DNA of 64,000 bases from Nitrospirota bacterium (GCA_963710375.1 CAVPZX010000002.1:1008326-1072325), one strand, 5' to 3'; counted from the first letter of the stretch, positions 10,036 through 18,921 are shown. Notes: generated by a model not told the origin, from the sequence alone. Translations and numbers: made by a program.

Positions 10036-10195
10036 AATGACTATGGGTGACACACTGGCAGCTTGCGGTGTTACTATGCACTATCGAAGAATGGAGACCA
10101 ACATACCATATGTGGCGGACGCATGAACTTTGGCGACTGTAAGGCCGCAGATGTTGAATGTGTATAAGAGAAGGTTGAAATAATACATGGCCCAG

Positions 10196-10540
10196 TTATC
10201 GCAGCACTGATTCCAAATCCATTTCGTCTTTTATCATCCCTACAGTGTCACCCGGTATCAACAGAACCAGCTTCTGTAAAGGCTTTGAAGGGGGTATCTC
10301 GTCTTTTATCACTTGTCTCGCCAAGGAAGATGCACGGAGTTCTTTGCGTCGCTGCCGCCAGGGTTTTACATAGTCGAGATAGAGGTTGTCGAAATAGGTG
10401 GAATTATTTTGCTGCCATTGCTGCTGGGCCTGTTTCTTCCTTGCCCGCTTGCATTGCTCCCTCTGGCAGACTTTCTGCCTTTGGCCAACTCGTTTATCAG
10501 GTGTGAAATACCGCCCACAGTGCATGCATCGCTTGACCAA
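10196..10540 (-). CDS. Zinc-ribbon hypothetical protein, possibly a truncated mobile-element gene
   Basis: CxxC...FTPDKR...RQKVC...C...W...N..YF; GGAGG RBS upstream. Confidence 0.55.
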   Translation of the reverse strand: MVKRCMHCGRYFTPDKRVGQRQKVCQREQCKRARKKQAQQQWQQNNSTYFDNLYLDYVKPWRQRRKELRASSLARQVIKDEIPPSKPLQKLVLLIPGDTVGMIKDEMDLESVLR

Positions 10541-10937
10541 TGATTACCTCCAGTTACTTTGTTTGTGGTAATCATTGTATGTAAAGGTGGGTTTCTAAGG
10601 TTGGGGTTTCAGTCTACCAAAAAATGCCAACTGTAAATTTCAGGCTGGTTCCATCGGTGGCGCTTTCGGTTCCTCCGCTATCAGTCCTTTTACTCCGGCC
10701 CCCACAGACGGGTAGAGGTCCATGCGCCTTCACATATTGCTTATCAGATAATAAAAGAAATAATTACATATGGAAGAAAAAATGCCGATGATTCTGTAAT
10801 AGAAGAATGGCGAGAATATAGTGCCAAATATTTGAAGCTACCTGTGGAATGAAGATGGCAATAAAGAGGCTGGTTAATGAATTTTACAATTTGGACGATT
10901 TCACAGAGAACTATGCGGTCTCTCCTGGTTATGCAAC

Positions 10938-13574
10938 TTAGAGTAAACTCTTAGCGCACCGGAAACCAGCATTCCCGCAAAGGTAGCCAGGGAGGTACGA
11001 GTTGATGCTGGCGCATCGGCAGTAAGCGGATCCATCGGCCCAAGAACCGCCATGAAGCGCTTGCCTGTCCTCGGTCCACTCCCACATGTTACCGGCCATG
11101 TCGTAGCAGCTGTAAGGACTTACGCCGTTAGAATACTTATTGACGGGTGTTGTTTTTCCAAGACCCGACTCTGTAGTGTTGCACCTCTTCCGATCGAATT
11201 GATTGCCCCAGGGATAGACCCGTCCGTCAATGCCTCTAGCAGCCTTTTCCCACTCCTCCTTGGTTGGTAGACGCTTGTCAGCCCATTCAGCATAGGCACG
11301 GGCACCATGCCAGAAGACAAAAATCACTGGGTGCTTCTCAAAGCCTGACTTGACCACAAACCGCTTTTTATTAAAACGAATGTGACAATGTTCCCCCGCG
11401 TAGATCCCTTTCAGGTCTATCCATTGTTCTTTTTCTACAGCGGTGCAACCCATGGCATTCAAAAAATCGGTGAATTCAGCATTCGTCACAGGGTATTTAT
11501 CTATGAAAAAACTCTCCTTGATGTTGGAAATTCGAATATTATCATCCGCGCCTATTATGAACTGGCCTGATGGAACGAAGACCATATCGGACGGTTCCTC
11601 AATCCCAACCGTTGGTTCAATATATTCATAAACAGAGGGCGTTATCATGTAGGACACAAAGAGGGCGATCTCATTAGTGATATTTTTTTTCCGTGCCATA
11701 TTCTTTGGTATTTCCTTTGCTATCTTGCATGCGACAAAATATTCTATAAATGATCGATGAGCGAAGGCATAGTACCCCTCCGCATCATTGCGTTGGAGAA
11801 AGGTAGAATTTCGTATCTGATAGTCCAGATTATCGAGCGACAGCCTCAATGTATCCTTAACAGGCGCATCGAAAAACCTATTAATGGCCTCCAGCAGGGT
11901 ATTAAAATGTAGCTTATACTTTTCTCTTGTGAACATATAAAAGGCAAGCTCCTCCATAAAGAGCATGATGCCTTTGGGCAGCTTTGCTTCTGACCGCTTC
12001 TGTTCACGTTGTTCCCATGCCTCTGTAATTACTTGGTATAGCCTTCCTGAGGTTATCGTTCCTTTTGCGTTTCTGATTGCCTCGATATCTTTGACGATCA
12101 TCTCGATCAGTATGGGACGGCTTGCGAGATCCTTCATATCGAAGACTTTTGTTAAGGTATTTCTCCAAAACTGCTCTGCCTCTTTTTCTCCGAGGCAAAG
12201 ACTCAAATAGGTTTTTATTTGGGAATCGGCGAATGGGCATATATAGACCCTTTCAAAACGGGGTCTTTGGAACCCGCTCGGCCCTGCTTGAGCGCCCTGT
12301 ACGAGAGCAAGGTGATCTTTTTCTTCATAAACACTTCTAAAAAATTGCGTCCTGCTCGTCAGGATCACTTTGTGATATGGCGCGGCAATCATGGACAGGT
12401 TCTCGATTTCCCTGAGAACCGTTTTCTTGTCGAACGTTACCGATAATTCATCAAAACCGTCTAGGATGAGGATTATCTCACCCTCTTTCCCCTTGGTTCT
12501 GGCATCAATCTCGGCTTGGGCAGCCTCCTGCCAGCCTCTTGTCCGGACTTGGCTGAGGCTCGCGATAACAGGGATGTATTTCGGTCCTTCAAGATCAGAG
12601 GCGAGTTTGTAGCAGAATGACGTTTTGCCGATGCCATAGTCGCCGAGCACTGCCAGGAGCTTCCGATTCGGGTCCTTCAGCCATTCATGGGTATACGTGT
12701 GCAGCAACTTCGTACTCTTTTGCTTGATGTCTTCAGCATGGCAGAACGGTTCAATGTAATGCTTTGGCACATATTCGCAATACTTTCTTTGCTCACTTGG
12801 CGGCGGAGGCGCCTCTAAGGGAGGATCCAAGACAATTATTGTTCTCGGGAAGCCGCATGCTGATAGCCATTTATTAACGGGTTTAAGAATCCGGTTTGTT
12901 TTCTTCTCCTCTTCTTCTAAGCGTTCACCTATTATCGAATTACCCTTCCAGTGCCATATGACTATCCCTTGGTTAATCTCAACTGACGTGATATGCTCCC
13001 TGATCCCGCCCTGATCCATCCGGATATAAGCCTGATCCATCTCATCGGCAAGCCGTAATAATGCAGTTATGCGAATAAGGTTGATGGGTTCCTGACAAAG
13101 CTGTTCGTCAGCGAAATTCTCGGGGAGGTCGGCAATAGGGCAAATGTCCTCAGTGGAATGTCCAAAACAGACATTAGCGACGGCTTCAGCAATTGGCGGT
13201 ATCATCTTCGTGCGATGATGCGGACGAAATGGCCCGAAGAAGTATTTATCTGGATCATTTAAAATATATTTCCTAGATCGCAGGGAATGATCTTTGGGGT
13301 CAATGCGGTCGCTTTCGTCGCGATAGCCGATATCGTGCAGATAGACGGCATAGAGCAGGATGAAAATCTCAACTGGATTGAGACCTCGTTTGAAAGCCTC
13401 GGGGATAAGCTGATCGAGTTTGACTTCCAACCTTTTGGAATGATCGATCCCATTCTTGTCGATGCCGTCAAGCCATTCAGAAGCATTTTTTTTCACCTTT
13501 TCGATATGTTCGTGAAGGTTGACTCCCCCATCGCAAGTTGTTTTCCCCAACAGCAGTTCATGCAATGCGCCCAT
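10938..13574 (-). CDS. HD-domain / NACHT NTPase / formylglycine-generating-enzyme (FGE, C-type lectin fold) protein
   Basis: HD: DHS...YLHDIG...LLRLADEMD. NACHT: GDYGIGKT, LILDGFDE, ILTSR, FAHRSFIEYF. FGE: YPVTNAEF, RLPT.EEWEKAARG, YDMAGNMWEW, GFRC. Start placed at ATG 13574 after a GGAG RBS. Confidence 0.85.
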   Translation of the reverse strand: MGALHELLLGKTTCDGGVNLHEHIEKVKKNASEWLDGIDKNGIDHSKRLEVKLDQLIPEAFKRGLNPVEIFILLYAVYLHDIGYRDESDRIDPKDHSLRSRKYILNDPDKYFFGPFRPHHRTKMIPPIAEAVANVCFGHSTEDICPIADLPENFADEQLCQEPINLIRITALLRLADEMDQAYIRMDQGGIREHITSVEINQGIVIWHWKGNSIIGERLEEEEKKTNRILKPVNKWLSACGFPRTIIVLDPPLEAPPPPSEQRKYCEYVPKHYIEPFCHAEDIKQKSTKLLHTYTHEWLKDPNRKLLAVLGDYGIGKTSFCYKLASDLEGPKYIPVIASLSQVRTRGWQEAAQAEIDARTKGKEGEIILILDGFDELSVTFDKKTVLREIENLSMIAAPYHKVILTSRTQFFRSVYEEKDHLALVQGAQAGPSGFQRPRFERVYICPFADSQIKTYLSLCLGEKEAEQFWRNTLTKVFDMKDLASRPILIEMIVKDIEAIRNAKGTITSGRLYQVITEAWEQREQKRSEAKLPKGIMLFMEELAFYMFTREKYKLHFNTLLEAINRFFDAPVKDTLRLSLDNLDYQIRNSTFLQRNDAEGYYAFAHRSFIEYFVACKIAKEIPKNMARKKNITNEIALFVSYMITPSVYEYIEPTVGIEEPSDMVFVPSGQFIIGADDNIRISNIKESFFIDKYPVTNAEFTDFLNAMGCTAVEKEQWIDLKGIYAGEHCHIRFNKKRFVVKSGFEKHPVIFVFWHGARAYAEWADKRLPTKEEWEKAARGIDGRVYPWGNQFDRKRCNTTESGLGKTTPVNKYSNGVSPYSCYDMAGNMWEWTEDRQALHGGSWADGSAYCRCASINSYLPGYLCGNAGFRCAKSLL

Positions 13575-13873
13575 AGAAGCTCCCTTAAAGGTGAATGTGA
13601 AAGCCAAATCAATATCTTTCAAGTATTGTACATAAAACATCAGATGAATTGGAAAAGAACGAGAGGTGTTGCAATAGAGACGATACCATATGGAAATTAA
13701 TTTAATATTGAAAAAGTTGAACGATGAATGGTAATTGCGGCTATAGCTGATAGCTAGCATGTGATCGACCGGGCCTCGAATAGGATCCAATATATTTTAG
13801 AGCAAATACTCGAAATTAAAATAGAATTTGCATTTTAGCCTGGGTCAACAATTGAACGGTGATGTGTGGAATT

Positions 13874-14005
13874 TTTCATTTTTTGCGCAAAATCTTCCGG
13901 AATTTTTCACTTTATGTGCAAAATATTTTCATTTTATAAGATAATAGGTTTTGTAACTTATTGAAATTACATCGGGGCAACTTTCACTTTTTGAGAAAAC
14001 CTATA
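13874..14005. repeat. Tn7-like transposon end: four TnsB-site-like repeats plus an IHF-like site
   Basis: TTTCAYTTTWT-N repeats at 13874, 13905, 13927 and 13982; TAACTTATTGAAA at 13954-13966; terminus AACCTATA. Confidence 0.75.
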
Positions 14006-14015
14006 GCATGCTTGT

Positions 14016-14082
14016 TGTGGGTTGACGCATAAACTGCAATTCCTGACTCATAAGTTGCAGTAAATTGACGCATAAGCTGCAA
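14016..14082. repeat. Mini-transposon end with three closely spaced TnsB-site-like repeats
   Basis: TGTGGG, then TTGACGCATAAACTGCAA (14022), CTGACTCATAAGTTGCAG (14043), TTGACGCATAAGCTGCAA (14065). Confidence 0.75.
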
Positions 14083-14701
14083 TAAGCTTTTGTTGAACGT
14101 GTGCAGAAAAAAGTAGATGTTGTGACTGAACACCAGATAATGGTACTAGCACACTAACTAGGGTGGCAGGATAAAAGCCAGAAGCTGTAAAAAAAGAGAG
14201 GCTCCACGTCTTCCCTCGTACCTTGCACTATTCGTTTGTTTGGTACACCCTAATCCGCTTTGTTCAAATTGTTGCAGCAGTGAAGATTTTCGAGAGAAGT
14301 CCACAGACCGGGCCAGAATAAGCAACGGGGATACTCATTAGTGAAAAATTAAACAGGTTTATCCCCCGTTTGCATGAATTTGTTGTACGCCATCTTGCCA
14401 TAATGCTGTCAAGTTCAAATAGTAGAAGGTAGTGTCTCAGTTTGATTTTTTGTATAATATAGTTCAGGAGGTGATGTCTTTGAAAGCAATTTTGATGTAA
14501 CGCCTGAAGCTCCTTAATAACGCAAAAGTATTTATGTATTTATGATACGAAGGGGAGCGCCACCGACAGGGCTGTTGGGATTGCCAACTTAGATGCTCAC
14601 TCATCTAAAATGTTTGAGGGTGGTTATTGCAATGGTATGTCATTTTATCAGACGGGAACGGGTGCGTAGAGTGAGTAAGCGCCCGGCTTCTACTTTTTTT
14701 C

Positions 14702-14730
14702 TTGACAGGGAACGTTCGTTCACCTATAAT
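14702..14730 (+). promoter_or_regulatory. Perfect-consensus sigma70 promoter upstream of the dcd-like gene
   Basis: TTGACA-17 bp-TATAAT, 49 bp before the ATG at 14780. Confidence 0.8.
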
Positions 14731-14779
14731 TATTAAAAAGAACTTTACATTTTGATTATAGTAGATTAATGTTAAACAA

Positions 14780-15445
14780 ATGATACTAACAGACAAGCTC
14801 ATAAAAGATGTATGTAGTAAAGGGGATATCAAGATTGTGCCATTTGAGGATTGTCAAATTGAACCCGCCTCATATGATTTGCGAGTAGGGAAACACGGTG
14901 CTACGACAAGTACAAAAAAAATTGTTGACATAGAAAAGCAAGGATACATGCTGATTGAACCGGGGGATTTTGCTATTGTCGGTGTTTTGGAAGAGATTAC
15001 TCTTGGATCAAAATATGCGGGACGTATAGGCTTGCGCTCAAAATTTGCCCGAAAGGGATTAATAGCAACAGCAGGGTCGCAAGTTGATCCGGGCTATCAC
15101 GGTCGTCTTAAAATTGGACTTACCAACTTGACACCTAAAGCAATATCTTTGCCGTTTAAGGATGATTTTATAACATTAGAGATTCATGAACTTACAGAAC
15201 CGGCGTTAAAACCATATGATGGTCCCTATCAAGATCAATTAGATTTAAGTCCAGCGGATATAGAAGCAGTTACCGAAGGGAGCGGAATGGCACTTTCAGA
15301 AATGATGGTGACATTAAGCTCTCTGAGTCAAAACGTGGGAAGGTTAAGCACGGATTTTGAAGTATTCCAAAAAACGCTTAAAATAGTTGGCGGAATCCTA
15401 AGTTTACTTATTGCCATAGCAACCATTATTGTTGCTTTAAAATAA
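14780..15445 (+). CDS. dcd: dCTP deaminase (trimeric dUTPase fold) with C-terminal helical extension and TM helix
   Basis: QIEPASYDLRVG, RSKFARKGL, VDPGYHG.L.I.LTN, PYDGPYQ.Q; hydrophobic tail IVGGILSLLIAIATIIVALK. Confidence 0.8.
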   Translation: MILTDKLIKDVCSKGDIKIVPFEDCQIEPASYDLRVGKHGATTSTKKIVDIEKQGYMLIEPGDFAIVGVLEEITLGSKYAGRIGLRSKFARKGLIATAGSQVDPGYHGRLKIGLTNLTPKAISLPFKDDFITLEIHELTEPALKPYDGPYQDQLDLSPADIEAVTEGSGMALSEMMVTLSSLSQNVGRLSTDFEVFQKTLKIVGGILSLLIAIATIIVALK

Positions 15446-15576
15446 ACTTGTCTTAAAACAACAATAGAATTTCCTCAAAGTCCCAAGCATGATGGACCTG
15501 CCCCCAAAAAACTGTGCCAGCGATAATTTGAGTTTTCTGGCAAAATTAACTACCCAAAGAAAGGGAGGATTTTGCC

Positions 15577-15843
15577 ATGAAGAAGTCGAAGTATACGGAA
15601 GAACAGATTGCTTTTGCGTTGAAGCAAGCAGAGACTGGTACACCGATAGCCGAAGTGATCCGGAAACTTGGGATCAGTGAGCAGACCTTTTACAACTGGA
15701 AAAAGAAGTATGGCGGACTGGGCCCCAGTGAGCTAAGGAGGCTGAAGCAACTGGAAGAGGAGAACCGGACGCTCAAGCAGATGATTGCAGACCTGAGCTT
15801 AGATAAGCACATGCTGCAGGAGGTACTCAGAAAAAAATTCTAA
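15577..15843 (+). CDS. IS3 transposase OrfA
   Basis: MKKSKYTEEQI...GISEQTFYNWKKKYGG...LKQLEEEN..LK; A7 slippery run just before the stop. Confidence 0.92.
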   Translation: MKKSKYTEEQIAFALKQAETGTPIAEVIRKLGISEQTFYNWKKKYGGLGPSELRRLKQLEEENRTLKQMIADLSLDKHMLQEVLRKKF

Positions 15844-16672
15844 GGCCTGACCGAAAGCGTAAACTGGTGAAATATCTCCAGGAAAGTTTCAGGGTCAGTG
15901 AGCGGAGGGCATGCAAGGCATTAGCTTTTGGCCGTACCACTCACCGATACCGGAGCAAACTAAAGGGCAGGCCGAACTCATCATGAGGATCAAAGAGCTT
16001 GCTGCTGTTAGAGTGCGTTATGGATACCGTAGAATCCACGTGCTTTTAAGACGAGAGGGGTGGAAAGTAAACCATAAGCGGGTGCATCGTCTATATCTGC
16101 TGGAGGGGCTGAATCTCAGGACGAAGAGGCCTAAGCGGAAGCGCCCTGCAATGGTAAGAATTCTCCGAGAGCCAGCAGTAACAGTGAATACGTGTTGGAG
16201 CATGGACTTCGTTTCTGATAGCCTATTCAATGGCCGGCGGTTCAGATCATTAACTGTAGTCGATAATTTTAGTCGGGAGTGCTTAGCGATCGAGGTGGAT
16301 CAGGGCATCAAAGGGGAGCAGGTAGTAGCGGTGATGAATCGCTTGAAATACATCAGGGGAGTACCCAAGAGCATACGGGTTGACAACGGCCCGGAGTTCG
16401 TCTCGAAAGCATTAGATCAGTGGGCGTATGAAAACGGGGTTACGCTGGATTTCTCGCGGCCTGGAAAGCCCGTGGATAATGCCTTTGTCGAGTCCTTCAA
16501 TGGAAGCTTCCGGGACGAGTGTCTGAATGTGAACTGGTTTCTCTCGATAGAAGATGCTAAGATGAAGATCGAGACATGGCGGAAGGAGTATAACGAGTTC
16601 CGTCCCCATAGTTCTCTGGACGATATGACGCCCAGTGATTTTGCCAAAGCGGAGGCCGCAGCGGCGGCTTAA
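15836..16672 (+). pseudogene. IS3 transposase OrfB (DDE) with an additional frameshift near 15960
   Basis: WSMDFVSD, VDNGPEF, ESFNGSFRDECLN. The -1 frame (...VSERRACKAL...RYRSK) does not join the GQAELIMRI frame without one extra base. Confidence 0.8.
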
Positions 16673-16728
16673 AAAGGCCGGAAAACTCAACATTACGGTG
16701 GACCACTTTTCGGGGTACAGTCAAACTT

Positions 16729-17031
16729 ATGAGCATTCAAACAACTGGTTGGTCCAACAAGGGGGGGACCTCTGACAGAGCGTGCGCCTGTGGAACGTGG
16801 AAGCAACACTGGATAAATTTTTCTAAGAAAACATGGCCCGCAAGTTGCTCAGTTGAAAAATGTTCCAATACGCCTACCATAGGTGGTCACGTCATTAATC
16901 CGAGTGTGGACGGAGAGCGGATTGTTCCTATGTGCGACTCATGTAATAAGCTCAGCGGTACTTTCACATTGAAGGGTGGCGTTACTCTTCCAAGCGCTAA
17001 CCAATCACAAACCTGCGCGAAAAAGGTATAA
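16729..17031 (+). CDS. Small Cys-rich protein with HNH-like motif; probable gene cassette
   Basis: CACG.W..HW, C...C, GGHV, IVPMCDSCN; stop codon lies inside an attC-like R'' box. Confidence 0.6.
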   Translation: MSIQTTGWSNKGGTSDRACACGTWKQHWINFSKKTWPASCSVEKCSNTPTIGGHVINPSVDGERIVPMCDSCNKLSGTFTLKGGVTLPSANQSQTCAKKV

Positions 17032-17099
17032 CACGTCGCTTCCAAGGGATGCTGCTGCGTGCCTTTATCGCGCAGCATCCCTTAACTGCAAGGTTACCC
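17026..17099 (+). other. attC-like integron recombination site
   Basis: GTATAAC (R'') ... TTCCAAGGGATGCTGC / GCAGCATCCCTTAA (12-bp perfect stem, unpaired extra bases) ... GTTACCC (R'); 74 bp. Confidence 0.65.
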
Positions 17100-17323
17100 C
17101 ATATGTTTCCGTTAATCTGCATTAGCTTCAATTAATAAGATCAAACGATAAATCGGTGTACAAGACAAAGGAGTGGAGTATGAGTCTTGTTAACAGCTTC
17201 GGTCTCTTCCATTGCTACCCCTGCTAACCTCTCGCCGGAATGAGTGGCAGGAATAAATTGGAATAGGTGGCAGGATTCCTCGGAATCTCCAGAAATCAGT
17301 GAATATTTTTGTCCATTGGGGAG

Positions 17324-17455
17324 TTTCATTTTATACGTTAATTTTTCAGGATATTTTCACTTTATGCGTTAAAGCTATTTCATCTTATACGTTAAATTCC
17401 TCCATAACTGATTGAAATTTGGTCGCCTTAATTTCATTTTATGTGTTAACCTACA
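17324..17455. repeat. Mini-transposon end: four TnsB-site-like repeats plus an IHF-like site
   Basis: TTTCAYYTTATRYGTTAA at 17324, 17355, 17378 and 17432; TAACTGATTGAAA at 17405-17417; terminus AACCTACA. Confidence 0.8.
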
Positions 17456-17467
17456 CATGCTGTTATT

Positions 17468-18463
17468 ATGGCGAACACTAGGCCTGAGCATTTTACGAAG
17501 GAAGAACTGGATTATTCGCACTCGGTGCTGAACCAGATTGCCGGAAATACTGATCAAGCCGATCCGTTCTGTTGCCGGACTGAGTGGCAGTTCTCGTTTC
17601 ACGAAGTTTTCAGCCCTCAGAGGAGTTTGTATTTCCTCAGTACGCATAATAGTATAATTGCGTTTGCAGGTTATGAATACCCTGATATCGGGTATATCTT
17701 GGAACCGATCGAGTCGAACTGGCTGTTTGGCTGTCCCTTGCTCGGGCCGGATGCTGCTGCATTGCTGAAAACATTACTGCAGGAAAAACCCTTTGATTAT
17801 GCCAAACCGTTTATCCTGCTGAGCGGTCTTATTCCCGGCTCCTCAGTGTTAATGAAGGTCCTGACGATTTTTAAAAAATACTATGAAATTATTCGGCTGG
17901 AGCCCTCTGTTTCCCGATGCGCTTCACTCTCCGGAAATGTTGATGGCTACTTGTCCAGGCGCTCCGCCAATTTCCGCCGGAACATCAGGCGGGCAGCCTT
18001 GCAGTTGGCAGACAGAGATGTGATATTTGAGCGTTGCCTTCCTATATCTATAGAGCAGGCAGACGAAACTTATGAGCGGATGCTTACTGTTGAAAAGCTG
18101 AGCTGGAAAGGCATAGAACAGTGCGGGATAACTATCCAGCCCTCCCGCGACTTTTACCGACTGATACTCCGGCGGCTTAGTCTATCTGGAATGGGCAGAG
18201 TCATTTTCGCTAAAAATGGCGATCAGGACATCGGGTATATGTTCGGAGGGATAGCCATGGGACATTACCGGGGGTTGCAGTTCAGTTATGGCGAGGACTG
18301 GAGCAGCTATTCTATCGGCAACTTGTTGCAAATGGAAACTGTCCGATGGCTGTGTGAAGAGGAGATAACCCGATATGACCTGGGACAAACCATGGATTAC
18401 AAGATCCGCTGGGCAGAACTGGAATTGCAAACCGAGAACTTACTGTTGCGCCCTCTGAAGTGA
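17468..18463 (+). CDS. GNAT-family acetyltransferase (CelD/BcsL-like)
   Basis: YLSRRSANFRRNIRRA, SWKG, YSIGNLLQ, YDLG..MDYK.RWA. Confidence 0.75.
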   Translation: MANTRPEHFTKEELDYSHSVLNQIAGNTDQADPFCCRTEWQFSFHEVFSPQRSLYFLSTHNSIIAFAGYEYPDIGYILEPIESNWLFGCPLLGPDAAALLKTLLQEKPFDYAKPFILLSGLIPGSSVLMKVLTIFKKYYEIIRLEPSVSRCASLSGNVDGYLSRRSANFRRNIRRAALQLADRDVIFERCLPISIEQADETYERMLTVEKLSWKGIEQCGITIQPSRDFYRLILRRLSLSGMGRVIFAKNGDQDIGYMFGGIAMGHYRGLQFSYGEDWSSYSIGNLLQMETVRWLCEEEITRYDLGQTMDYKIRWAELELQTENLLLRPLK

Positions 18464-18584
18464 AGCGAGGGAGTTAAAATCAGAGCGCAGCCACAACCTT
18501 GACAGCAAAGCCCTTTTTCGATACAGTTTGATTAGAAACAGGTGGAAAGCTTTTTTTTAAACTATTTTTTTTAGGAGGTGCGCG

Positions 18585-18845
18585 ATGACTTACACACAAG
18601 ACGATTTGGTCGACAAGATACTGGATATGTACCCGGAAATAAAAAAGCACGGCCTCTTTTTAGACCTGACTTTCAGCGATGAAAAAAATGCCTGGATCAT
18701 AAAATTGACTAGAGATAGCAAAAAGTTGACGACCTATTTGGAGAAGCAAGATGCCGACGAATGCATGAATAACATCAAATGCGTCTATTTGGGTGTGCAG
18801 GTGGAGCAGTTCATCAGTAATTTTGAGGAGAGGATTCTTGAATGA
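18585..18845 (+). CDS. Conserved hypothetical protein
   Basis: AGGAGG RBS; 86 aa with DADECM...KCVYLGVQ. Confidence 0.7.
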   Translation: MTYTQDDLVDKILDMYPEIKKHGLFLDLTFSDEKNAWIIKLTRDSKKLTTYLEKQDADECMNNIKCVYLGVQVEQFISNFEERILE

Positions 18846-18921
18846 TAAACATAGAGGCACTGAGGCGCTGGAAAACAATGATAAGACTTCTTGACGGGAC
18901 TAATTGTGCGCAAACCGACAA

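Larger units (their letters stand above)
1732..14005 (+). mobile_element. Tn7-like transposon (tnsABC-tniQ plus cargo); one end at 14005, other end not found in window
   Basis: tnsA-tnsB-tnsC-tniQ operon plus a terminal array of four ~19-bp repeats ending ...AAAACCTATA at 14005. Confidence 0.8.
15493..16723 (+). mobile_element. IS3-family insertion sequence (IS407-like), ~1.23 kb
   Basis: TG...CA ends with imperfect ~45-bp IRs (TGGACCTGCCCCC... / ...GGGGTACAGTCA); orfA/orfB arrangement; no clear target duplication. Confidence 0.85.
14016..17455. mobile_element. Non-autonomous Tn7-like mini-transposon (3440 bp)
   Basis: TGT...ACA termini; terminal 25 bp match 20/25 as inverted repeats; 3 repeats at one end and 4 at the other; no tns genes inside. 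Confidence 0.75.

Noticed and set aside
10938..11100. Diversity-generating retroelement target (the FGE C-terminus is a typical variable-region position)
   Set aside because: I found no template repeat copy and no reverse transcriptase in the window. A remote DGR cannot be excluded without a genome search.
13575..13790. 72-aa N-terminal extension of the NACHT protein given in the ORF track
   Set aside because: It starts at a TTG without an RBS in AT-rich intergenic-like sequence; a clear GGAG-ATG exists at 13574.
14006..14015. 5-bp target-site duplication for the mini-element
   Set aside because: Flanks are CTTGT and CATGC. A CATGC copy exists on the left but is offset by 4 bp, so no TSD is claimed.
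14780..15445. Assignment to the published antiphage dCTP deaminase family
   Set aside because: That family has a zinc CMP/dCMP-deaminase fold with a kinase-like domain; this protein has Dcd/dUTPase-fold motifs.
17026..17099. Simple rho-independent terminator reading of this hairpin
   Set aside because: There is no U-tract, and the flanking AAC/GTT boxes and bulged stem fit attC better.
1732..17455. CRISPR-associated transposon (CAST) or CRISPR array
   Set aside because: No cas-like ORF is present. The repeats at 13874-14082 and 17324-17455 are ~18 bp, irregularly spaced with gaps too short for spacers, and abut TGT/ACA termini, so they are transposase-binding sites.
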